Assembly: GCA_003344405.1 (NCBI GenBank)
Contig: NOWV01000180.1
Span: 124,001-160,530 of the forward strand
From: Trichoplax sp. H2
Taxonomy: Eukaryota
DNA: 36,530 nucleotides
Direction: 5' to 3'
The notes under the pieces are model-generated. The model was not told where the DNA came from and did not search any database. It worked only from the letters and a program-made list of their open reading frames with translations. The position numbers were made by a program, and so were the translations under genes. Shown here in pieces: positions 9,701 through 21,269 of the stretch. Each line of letters opens with the position of its first letter. Within the stretch, counting starts at the first letter, position 1.

Positions 9701-12281
9701 CTAAACTTGATCATTTTGCGCACCTTTAAGCAAGATACAGACAGGATGGCTCTCTAAGCTCCAGCCATAATCAGTCGCTACTTTAACCCAGACTACGATA
9801 TATCTGCCCGCTGGTACATTATTAATCAGACAGTCTGTAGTATTACAATTATAGGTATTCTTATAATGGGATGATTTGTGATTGATATGGCAGCTATTGC
9901 TACTAGTTTCAGCGTAATTAATCTGATAAAAATGAAGATTAGATTTCCCGATGTATCCAGATTTAAACTTAATACGAAATCCAGTGTTGGTAATATTAGT
10001 GATGGCAATATTAGTCACAGGCTCAGGCACATCTAACAGTAGTTAAAAAATAAAATCCACATTAAAATAGATCATGTCTCTTCATCGTCTCTTTACAGTT
10101 GTTTATAATAATCTAAATAAAACAATGATAAAGTAGAATTGTCGATACTTCAGAATCTAATGAGATTTACGATACTAGCATAATTCATTAATAGTATTGT
10201 TTTCAATTGTCTATGGCAGACTGCCATCTTAAAATCTCACCGGCAACAACAATGGAAATATCTTTAGTCAGTTTTCCATATTCATTTCTGGCAGTACATG
10301 AGCAGATTCCAGTCTGTCTTAAGGATAGAGATTGTAATTCTATTATATTATTCTTGTATTCGAAGCGACCACGTTCATTTATGCATGTCCAAGTAATAGT
10401 TGGCAATGGTACTGCGGTAGCTTTGCATGTTAAAGTAATACTTTGACCTGCAACAACTTTTAGGTGTGTTATTTCATTTTTCTTAGGTATTATAACCATG
10501 TCAATCGGTGGGCTTATAACCATGTCAATCGGTGGGCCTATATCAATTATAAGAGAATACCAATTGATCAGTGATATAATATTAACAGGTATAAATTGCA
10601 ACAGATACTGATCTCTCGAGTAAAAGTTAATAGTCACGAAATAGGATTGGGATTAAGTAGTGAATTAAATTTTAAAAACTTTAACAAGTATGATTATGTT
10701 ACGAATAGTCTAGACGTATAAAGAATATTAAAATTATTTGACACGACTATAGCATAGTCTTTAATAAGATGGGGATTAAAAAAGAATGAACTGTTTAAAA
10801 GTTTTATCAGGAATTATATTAAAAATACAGGGAATAGTTAGTCAGCTATTTGATGCGATAACCCAATCATAGCGTAGTCAGAAAAAGGAAAGGGATTAGA
10901 TGACGAATTAATCTTGAATGACTTCAATAAAAATTATAGTAAGAATACAAGGAATATCCAATAAACTATTTAACGTGATTATGCATGCACGAGGAGACCT
11001 AAATTAGCTTCGGTGCATTAAAATAATTTTTTAAAGATTTTTTATAAATATAGCAAACAGGAACACTACTTATACATAATTAGTTTACTCTCAATTTTGA
11101 TATTATAACTCCTATATTACCGTGAACTTGGATAAAAAGGTTTTTCTTGAACACTTTATTTTGGTATTGTACAATTGCGGTTTCATAAATATATTTTCCG
11201 CTATTTCTGTATCCAACAGGGGGTATGTAAAGCCTGTCCGATGAATAAGAATTTCCGAAATTGATCACGTAATAGCAAGGTTCTAAAATAGTAAAACTTG
11301 ATTGTCTCCTTGAATTTATATCGCACTTGGCTATGCGAGATCCATTCTCGAACTTCCAACTAGTAGAAGAATGTAATGGTTTTATTGCCGCATCACTTCC
11401 AGTAACGAAAATACTTTGACCCAGAATTAGTGATACAGTCCCACTAGGAGTTAGAGTGATATCATTGGATGAATACAGTTCTAGTAATGAATATGAAAGT
11501 CGATATTAATTTCAGAGATAGAAGTAAATTTTGTACTTAATTCTATCACGCAATTTGGGGTGATATAGTCTTCAATAATTGATATGAATTATAAGCTCAG
11601 GCTATTGAATATTCATTGCTTACACAGCACCATTTCGGCTTTTAATACTGATTACTTGCAGTGCCGTGGACTTCTTAACTTAATATAGATAAGTACGATG
11701 TATATGAAAGAAATCATTACCTTTTTCACAATATTTTCCTGTAAAACCGTCGTTGCATGAGCAAGTAAATATTTTCCAAAGCGAATGACATACCCCGTTC
11801 TTACAAGGGCGCCTTGAGCATGAGGTAATATCTATAATGAATCAATTGATTAAAAAAATTACAAAACTAATGGGCTTAAAAAAATCATGTCTTATTCAGT
11901 AAATAGAAAATTTTTCTTAATTTGTTAACCTGTTTGGCAATACTTTCCAGTTCTAGAACCTGGGCAAAGGCAAGCATCTCCATCAAGTCCATGATAACAT
12001 GTCGATTCTGCATGGCATCTATTATTCGCACAAGCGGCTTTTGCTGAAATTATAATTGTACCTTTAGATTTTATCACAGTTGAATATGAAACTGCATACA
12101 TTCTAAAAGAAATTAAGCTATAAAACATTGTTAGTTTATGTACATGAAAGCCTGCTACATGTAATTAAGAGCGTTAGCTGTTTCATAATAGCATATTTCG
12201 TATGTTATTTGAATTCATACCTTGATTTAAGTAATAGCAGGATAGAATTAAAACAGTGCTAAAAATCACGATTGATCGCAT
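9701..12281 (-). CDS. Secreted/cell-surface protein: signal peptide, 2 EGF, 2 Ig-like and 1 FN3 domain; 3' end uncertain
   Basis: Phase-1 domain-per-exon structure: 12221-12281 (MRSIVIFSTVLILSCYYLNQ, signal peptide), 11930-12043 (EGF CANNRC..CLCPGSRTGKYCQ), ~11721-11831 (EGF CSRRPCKNGVC..CSCNDGFTGKYCE), ~11121-11480 (atypical Ig), ~10241-10537 (Ig ITLTCKATAVPLPTITW..CTARNEYG), ~9701-10032 (FN3 VPEPVTN..VKVATDYGWSLES). No transmembrane exon found. Confidence 0.75.
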
Positions 12282-14230
12282 AATTACTCTTTAGTTAGAA
12301 AAACCGTAATCACTCCAAGTGGATAAGAGGTATCGCTGCTAGAGCTGGCTACAATGAGAAGAAAGAGATTTTACTAATAAGAAAATGAGGAATATTGCAA
12401 AACGTAAATTGTCCTCTATAATTTTCGATATTTACTTGATAATTTCAGGCTGAATTTCTAACTGGTCGCCAGCCGAAACATATAGATGAAAGTCATTAGC
12501 CACGGATGTGTTAAATGAATCCCGCAGTGAGTAGGCATTTATCCTTGTGAAGGCTTCTTTATAGGGAAATTTTAATTTACTTGAATCATTGACGAAGATA
12601 TATATAGTCTTATATTCTTGATCTTCATGGATATCGATTCATTGACCACATTAAGATGCCTAAGTTACTACAGCATACCCAGTAAACCTTTAATTGGACC
12701 AATGATGCACAAATTAGGCATTAAATCGAATACTAAATTGGAGACTACTTCGATAATTAAAATGAGTAATTACTCGTACCTTTTTTTATAGATATCTCCG
12801 TTAATCTCGTTATATAAACGCATAATTTATGGTCCAGTTAGAGAATAAACAGACATCGCAATGATACTTATCTAACCTTATTTATAAGGAAAAGTAACAC
12901 GAATAGATTAATCAGGTAAATTGATTATTTATATTTGGTCATATTTCCTTTTATACCAACTTACAGTATATATATACCATACCATTACAGTCTATTACAC
13001 AGTATATTGTATGCTTTGCGTTCTTATTTTGCCCAGCTTTAGCTATTTATAGAGCATAGATAATCGGATTTGCTATCTACAGGATAGCCTAATCGAACTT
13101 TGTGTTATATTCTTGCCGCGAAGATAACATATAATAACTGAAGAACTGCGATATTAATAAAACTATTTTATTTATATCGTTCAGTATCATCTCCGCTATA
13201 TAATTTCTAAAGTAATGAGGTTTGTACAGTACATTCTGACCGTACTACGAACTTATTCATTCATTACCAATTTTCTATTTATTGAACATTTACTTAACTG
13301 CTTAATAATTAGGGATGCAAAGTCGTACAATAAATTCCCTTGATGTTAACCTTTGCAAGCTGATTGGAAAATGATTTTAACATATCTAAATGAAATCTAA
13401 GATTCGACTTTTGTGCCTACATCCATAATATTACCGCAGAATCCTATAGTATCATAATTATAATAGGCTTGCTTTAACTCTGTTGGAAGATTGCAATATG
13501 CAAGCCCTTCATTAGAAACTACTGTTAGCAATGAGCAAGGCCAGCAATCACTCTAGAGTACTACAATAAAGTTATGGCTGTGTTGTTGTTCAAATATTAC
13601 GTAAACACCGGCGCTCTACAGTTAATAACCCCCAAAAGAAAGTTTGTCGAAGCTTTATTAACCTTTAACTGTTTTACTATCTTATTGATTTTCGTCGTTT
13701 CGGTTTATGAAGCAACTTACACGAATTTAAATTAGAATAAAACCGAAATATCTTAAAATAATAATTACAGCAATGACAGTACAGGCAGTATTACCGCTTG
13801 TGTAAACATTCTACACTACAATTGTTATTGTACTGTACATACATTAGTTCAAAATTCCTTTACGTAAAAACTGTCATGCAAATAATGCAAGTTGAAAAAT
13901 GTATCACAGCAATGTAAAATATATTACTACCCATATACTGGAACGAGGAAAGGTTTATGGGGAATTTCAAAATAAACCAAAATGGCATTTTGCTAGAAGA
14001 TCAAGATTTCCATTCAAAGGATAACCTGTACTAATTCACAGTTCTACAGTAGTACTACATGGTTATGTTCGTCGGAAACTAAATCTACAACCAAATATTA
14101 CGAAAGTGACAAAAAAGACTACCGTAGCCTCATATATAATAAAATCACTTGCAATGTGTTACGTATAGTCGAGCACAGCGTAAACTGATTGAATGTCAAT
14201 TAATAAGAGGTAATTCCATGTAGAGTAATA

Positions 14231-17200
14231 TTATGTTGAATTCTTAGTTCTACCCATTCCTTCCAACTGCTCTTTAAAATCCTGACGTTTATCTTCCGGT
14301 ACACAACTTAACATCTCTTGCATTAATACGGCCATTTTATTCTTACCCCTAATTATAAAACATAACGGATTATTATGGCTTAATAATACCACATTAATCC
14401 CATTTCTTACTCTAAACAAAGTCATTCTAAAATACTCGATAGTGCACAACTTACTTATCCTTTTTTACACGTAGTTGTCTTTCCTGTAATAAAGCATACT
14501 TTCTTAACGCAGGATTATTTTTGACATCAATTTGTACTTTACTCTCCATTAATCATCATTGTCAATATGAGTAAAATGTATTAGATTTCTATCTTACCAT
14601 TTTTTCAGTTTTATCCCTTTCATTTTCAGGTACAGTCTAAAAGGACGAAAAATAAAATTGCTTAATGGGATGAAGAGTAGAAATACCATAATTAATATTG
14701 CAGTACCTGCAGAAATTCTCGTAAGTTTGTTTCATACTCTTGCTTTCTCTGAATAAAGTAAATGTCAATATTTAAGTGGATGGTTAATGATGAGATAGGT
14801 ATAGGTAATCTCTATAATTTAAGGTTATACCTTTTGCAATTCTTGTTCGTAATACGTCTTTTCTTCGGTAGATAAGTTATTCCACTTTTCTCTTAAAGTT
14901 ACACCAATATCAGAAAATGATTTTCCTTTAACGTTATTTTTCTTATAAAAGTCACCAACAAATATGTTATATGAAGTCCTAAAGACAAATTTTTCCATGT
15001 TATAGCAATTACAAGCCGCTACCCCTGAGTACATATGGTACCATTGTTACAAAATTTTAGCTACAATTCTTAAGATTGAAAACTTACGCAGGTGGATGTT
15101 TTACAATGGGACGATACTTGGAAGTACTTTTTTCCTTATCAGTCAAGCGAAAGTTTGGCTCTGATTTTCTCATCTCCTTTATTTCATTCTATCCATGTCA
15201 TAACAACGATGGTTTTAATTAACATCATTGGCCGAAATCTCTGATTAACATATGTAAGATAGCGCATACGCAACCTGATAGCGAGCAAGGTCAAAATTAG
15301 ATGCTTTCTTCCATTCAATTGTCTGCTCATCGGATAAATTTTTCCATTCTTCGCTAATAATGAGACGACTCTCTTTCAATGATTTCTACGTAGATGTAGA
15401 CGAGGTAATGTACAGTTTCATAAAGGTAGACAGATAAAGGATATTGTAGATATTCCTAACAGCAATATAAAAATCTCTTTGAGTTACGTACCCCTTCTTC
15501 TTTTAGTTCATTTAATCGCACGCGCAAGAAGCAATGGTAAGGAGAGCTTTAAATTTAAAAGGGTGCAATATATTAACAAATTCTGTTTCGTTACAGCTGT
15601 TGTAAGCAGTAATACAGCAAAATATTACCGTGGAGGGCGTATCTTCTTCTTTCTCTTAGGGCTATTATTGAAATAATAGTAAAAAATTTTAGAACTTGTG
15701 TGTATTTTTTTACAACATTAGTGTTTTAGCAGTATAGTCATAGACTCACGGTATGGTTTTACGTGATTTCTTGGGCCCCTTAGCAGTACTAACTCCAAGT
15801 CTATTTATAGAAACGATTGCAATTGTAATATTAATGGCTATTAGAATTTGACTAAAAAATGAAATTTAATCATCCAGTTACTTGGCCAGTGTTTCCTTAT
15901 ATACTTTCTCATCCTCTAAATATTTTTCTTGATATTTTTTCTAACGTAATTTACAAATGAAGATAAAAATTATCAACAATCAACCATGGCACGTAACAAC
16001 TTCATTAAACAATTGAGTAACTACCTTTTTCTTATCCGGTAGATTTCTCCACACTTCGCTGATTTTCTTAGATGCTTCAACTGAAGTTATCTTTGATTGT
16101 TTACCGATTAATTTCTTCCGTCTTTCAGCATAAAACTGCAAGTATGCATTGAGAGGCTTTTTAGGTAAGTCATGCTGGCAATTTTCCCAATACTAAAAAT
16201 TCAATATCACAGTTGAGATAAATGCAATAACTTTGAAAAATAAAGTATATGCAAGACTGTATTTCTATGTTTTTTTATCATGGTGAAGGTTGCTTCGAAG
16301 ATCTTACATCAGATCCAGTTCCTTTAATGGCGTTCACCATTTCATGGACAGATCGTGTTTTTCTCATCTTTTTAAGATAAATCGAGCAAGATGTTATTAT
16401 ACGTGGAGTGTATTGAAAAAAAATAGTGTAAAAAAGCGACAGTTAAAAAAATTTATTGATAGGCATTGTTAACTGCTTTAAATTATTTTACAAACATTTT
16501 TCGTTAGTTTTTTCCATTTTTCCATCAAATCTTCACCGCTATGGTTATTCCAAGCAATTTCATCCCAATTTATTTTACCGTTGTAAGGCATATTTAAAGG
16601 TGTAAGTGTGGCCAGACGTTCGAACAATTTTTCATATGTTTTACCACTCCATCCGTCTTCGTCATCTAATTTGAAAGAGTATCTACTTTATAATTGTAAA
16701 AATTAACAACCGCAAAAGCTAGTGATATCTACTCGAATATATGTATTTATTAACGATAGGAAATCGATGTTGGCTATAGCCTTTTAAAATTTCTCTTACG
16801 AATAGTTTAATTTCTTATACCGTACCACTTTTATAATAAAGTCCAGTATCAACTTTTATTAACATAGCTAAGTCTAAGTATACAGTATATGCCTATCATA
16901 GGTAAGTGACGGTAAATTATACGAGTATAGAGAGTTGACTATTTTGGCATTAAATGGAATAAAGCTGCAATTGAAATAAACTATTTATTTGTTACCTGAA
17001 CCTGCAGCGCCACTCAAAGATTCACCTTGCGATGATTCACTGAAGCAAGATTAATTTTGTTATGGAAAAATGGGATATTTATTAGTATCAGTGTAACTTA
17101 ATCATCTTTAATTCAAGTGTCATTTTTAAATCTCCACTAGTAAAATTTTCGAATCTTAGCACTATCGTGGTAGTAGATTAAAATAGGTACTACAGGGTAG

Positions 17201-19218
17201 TATTTACTTGCAACTATTGAAAGAGAGATATTTTTAAGAATGATAATGTTGTCCATCTCTTTTCATCATAGTACATACTTTCCTTCGTTGCTATGCAGTG
17301 CGGCCTTGGAGTCTGATAAGCGTTTCTTGGATTTTTTTTCTTTGGACTTCTTCTTCTTCTTTTTCTTCTTTTTCCTCTTTTTCTTACCTGTAATGATCAA
17401 TTAATTATTGTCTTTCAATATAGTATGTGTTTTATGATGGTACGATATTACCTTCATTGATTGATACTTGTAGCATTTACAAATCAGATTGATAACGTAT
17501 AGTATTAATGTAAATAAACAGAAAGAGTATTTACAGAAGATATTTCCAAAATAACACTTTTGGTTCTTGGGGATATTGTAGAGTTTAAGTAAGTGTCATC
17601 AATGCAATTTTGTACAACATTGTGATAGACAATTGGAACTAGTATCTATCAATAATAATTTACTGTAATGGGAACTATTTTAGTCTTTGCTATAGATTAG
17701 ATAGAGTGATGATGAAGGCATAGCCTGCAACGCTTGTTTATTCTGTTACCTTCGGCATCAGCATCTCCTTTACGATTACTCTTGGTTATGCGCACTTTTT
17801 TGGCACCTTTAACCTCAGCTAAGTTGTTTACAAAAGTAGAAAAAAATGAATGATGATTTAATCCTTGGTAGGAGGCATTGAAGAATACTTACGAATCGAT
17901 ACAAGAATATTATTATTTATGAGTAAATCAAATTATTATCATGACAATCACTGCAAATCATCCTGATAGTGGTTTTATATCGTAAAGTAGGGTAAGCAAC
18001 GTTGGATGTATCTCCATGTGTCAATCTCCAAGCTTTTTACACATTTAATTGTGTTTATGTACCAACCTTCATCAGTAGTACGTCGTTTTCTTTTTTTGGC
18101 TTTTTCCACAGTTTTCTTACGTTTTTTATCTTCGGCAATGACTAAATTCGTTTCTAGAATGTTATAAATAAAGGTTGATTTATTTTATTGCTTTTTTTTT
18201 CTCTTTGCTCTCATTAAGTACATCATTATTTTCAATTGATTGGATATCCACTATTCCATTGAGGGTGGAAGTCGTCCATGAATTACCGGCTCTTGGATGG
18301 ACTGATATTATTATTATTGTTATTGAAGTACAATGTCATGGATAAGTTGGTGTATTGCGAATACATTGTTGCAAAGAAGCATGTTCATTTTATTAGGCGG
18401 CTGTGTATTGATGATTACAGATGGTTGATTAACTGGTATGGCAATTTAGTCAGAGTATGTTGGGACTCGTTGACAGTCGTTTATGACTTGATCATTATTC
18501 CATCGTCCATCCTATACTACTACGACAATGTATCGTTTGTAGGTGATCGCTCGATAGCAACGCTTATCCCTGGTGTCTCCACGTGAATACAAATCAATGC
18601 TATGGTTATGGATTAAAAGAGCGGATTGCCACTGCAACTGCATGTGATGTTATACGACGAATAAGGGAAAATGCAATGGATGATGACTTGTTTCTTCCAT
18701 GACGATAAAATGACCAAGATGATTTCAAGTCAACATCGACAGGTAGAATACGATGACGACTTGCAATGGCTGTGATTGATCAAGGTCCATGACGGTCGTC
18801 TAAAGCAAGTCATTATCGTCCAGTATGATTCATTCCTTCATACCTAGAATAAGCTGGTGTAGACCATCCCGACGCTAGTATTACTGTATCATCACTCTCC
18901 TCCAATTGAATAGGATACAATAGATTGGAGTTTTAGTCGTGAAATGATTAGCTTAATTGATGCCACTGCATGGCTTTCCCCCATCATCATCATCAACGAC
19001 ATGGGAAAGTGCCACTGCAACAACTGTGGTAATGACTACCATTGCAACCAAGAATGTTGTTCTATCCAAGCACGCTACAACTCCTCTTTTCCAGCCAATA
19101 ACAACATCAATAAAGTAGAAACAATCCTCATCCACTTACCTTCATCATTACTTTTGCTACTTTGCCTCTTTTTAGCTTTTCCAGTCGTTTTACTTCCTTG
19201 TCGATCAATTCCCGCCAT
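14231..19218 (-). CDS. UBTF: Nucleolar transcription factor UBF-like (upstream binding factor, RNA Pol I): Lys-rich N-terminus, SANT-like dimerisation domain, 3 HMG boxes
   Basis: About 19 small GT-AG exons from ATG at 19216-19218 (exon 19140-19218) to TAA at 14231. Exons 16496-16665 and 16308-16367 give DGWSGKTYEKLFERL..INWDEIAWNNHSGEDLMEKWKKLTKNMRKTRSVHEM, resembling the vertebrate UBF N-domain (WSQEDM..MDWEKVAFKDFSGDMCKLKW..VRKFRTL, recalled from memory). HMG1: DLPKKPLNAYLQFYAERRKKL..WRNLPDKKK (16025-16192). HMG2: RPPRSPYHCFL..EEWKNLSDEQ. HMG3: HPPATSYNIFV..EKWNNLSTEEK. Confidence 0.85.
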
Positions 19219-19625
19219 GACTTGGACGACTTGATTTCAGTACTAAGCGCGATGCAATTGTTTTGCATTTTGGCGTTTTGTCTGACTACAGTCCATTGGT
19301 GGCTACAGTGGAATTGGATGGTGATAGTGATGGCTGCGATAGGCGCTCTTGTAGTCGACGAATAGAGTAGATCAACTAGTGTATAGAACGTACTATAGGT
19401 TATGATAGTTACAGTACTCTTTTGGATTCTTACAATCCTAGCACTGTAATACCATACAGTAGTGGGTCGCTAGACGTCCTCTCGCGCCTATACTCAACCA
19501 CTTGCATCGTTGACTTGACTTGCCTCCAAGTGCTCTGACGCAGCTTCCACTAACTACTTCAGCTCAACATGGATACTTGGATAAGCAAATGCCTCAGTCA
19601 AGGCCTATTTTCCTCCCGATTGCTC

Positions 19626-20638
19626 GATAGATTTACTTTATAGTCTACTTTATATGGGCTAGTCATGGCTGCAAAACCTTGTGTCTAAACAGCATGTATA
19701 TGGGCTAGATGGCTGCAAAACCTTGTGTCTAAACAGCATGTATATGGGCTTGATGGCTGCAAAACCTTGGTGTCTAAACAGCATGTACTGTATATGGGCT
19801 GGATGGCTGCAAAACCTTGTGTCTAAACAGCATGTATATAGGCTTGATGGCTGCAAAACCTTGGTGTCTAAACAGCATGTACTGTATATGGGCTAGATGG
19901 CTGCAAAACCTTGTGTCTAAACAGCATGTATATGGGCTAGATGGCTGCAAAACCTTGGTGTCTAAACAGCATGTACTGTATATGGGCTAGATGGCTGCAA
20001 AACCTTGTGTCTAAACTGCATGTTGCAATAGCAATAGATTTACTCCATAGTCTACTCATATGGGCGAGTCATGGCTGCAAAACCTTGTGTCTAAACAGTA
20101 CTAGTGCAAACTCCCGTCGCTTTGCTGACGGTTTACGATAATGTGCTCATTTAACAGATAGTATTACCATTTGTCGTAGACCTGTCAGAGGTTCAGTAAC
20201 TTTATACCGTAAACAGCATGTTGCAATAGCGATAGACTTACTCCATAGTCTACTCATATGGCCGAGCCATGGCTGCAAAACCCTGTGTCTAAACGGCATG
20301 CATATGGGCTAGATGGCTGCAAAACCTTGTGTCTAAACAGCATATTGCAATAGCGATAAGTTTACTCCGTAGTCTACTCATATGGGCTAGTCATGGCTGC
20401 AAAACCTTGTGTCTAAACAGCATGTTGCAATAGCGATAAGTTTACTCCGTAGTCTACTCATATGGGCGAGTCATGGCTGCAAAACTTAGTGTCTAAACAG
20501 CATGTTGCAATAGCGATAGATTTACTCCATAGTCTACTCATATGGGCGAGCCATGGCTGCAAAACCCTGTGTCTAAACAGCATGCATATGGGCTAGATGG
20601 CTGCAAAACCTTGTGTCTAAACAGCATGTTGCAATAGC
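19626..20638. repeat. Composite minisatellite: ~15 copies of the core ATGGCTGCAAAACCTTGTGTCTAAACAGCATG in 44-, 50- and 80-bp units
   Basis: GGCTGCAAAAC occurs at 19667, 19711, 19755, 19805, 19849, 19899, 19943, 19993, 20073, 20271, 20315, 20395, 20475, 20555 and 20599. A unique insert interrupts the array at ~20100-20210. Confidence 0.95.
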
Positions 20639-21269
20639 TGAAATGGAAACAATTTAGATCGATATTAGTCGGTTGTTTCTGTCTTGATCTGATTGGAAAT
20701 GCAACCAACATTACGACAACATGTTGGATTGCATTCATTTACTATCGACAAGGCTAGTTCGAGCTGGTTTTTTTTCAGCTATCGCATGCCATTGGATTTT
20801 CGGAGATAGCAGAAACTTAAGCAAATAGACTGTCACTTTTTTACTGGTAATTTCGCTCATGTTGACTTAATTAACCGCCTACTAAATCAGGCAAAAAATG
20901 AAGTGGTGGATGCAGCCATGGCAATACTCTGCCATACTGTATACTATAGGAGTAGAGTATAGACTGCAATATACTATTCAGTTCAGTATAACTACGTCCA
21001 TGGCAATAGTATGACCAAGACTTTCTTCAGCGTACTATATAGGACACTTATGGAAACCTATACCATCCAATCATACAAGGTGATCAAACGGCTAAGCCTA
21101 GAGACGCTTTTAATACTCCCCGGGTGTCCACAGCATTTTTCCATACAAGGCAATAAATCTATTCGCCTTTCAAGTTCAAGTATAGAATAGACTATTGACC
21201 AGCCTAAACAGGACATACTCATACATGCAAGAGATCACGAATAGGATGCTCCATTTGGGATACAGTAAT

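Noticed and set aside
17452..17466. Possible 15-nt phase-1 microexon in UBF (caag|TATCAATCAATGAAG|gtaat)
   Set aside because: It is frame-neutral with a poor polypyrimidine tract and is not needed for the model; it cannot be supported without RNA data.
18278..19365. ORFs of 60-102 aa within or antisense to UBF intron 1/exon 1
   Set aside because: No domain signal; explained by triplet-rich, higher-GC composition.
19659..20738. ORFs in the minisatellite, and a CRISPR-like look
   Set aside because: The ORFs are translations of the repeat with shifting frames. The inter-core sequences are themselves repeated rather than unique spacers, the context is eukaryotic, and there are no cas genes.
19240..21200. 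rRNA or tRNA genes near UBF
   Set aside because: I recognised no conserved rRNA segments or tRNA cloverleaf/box A-B patterns here or elsewhere in the window.
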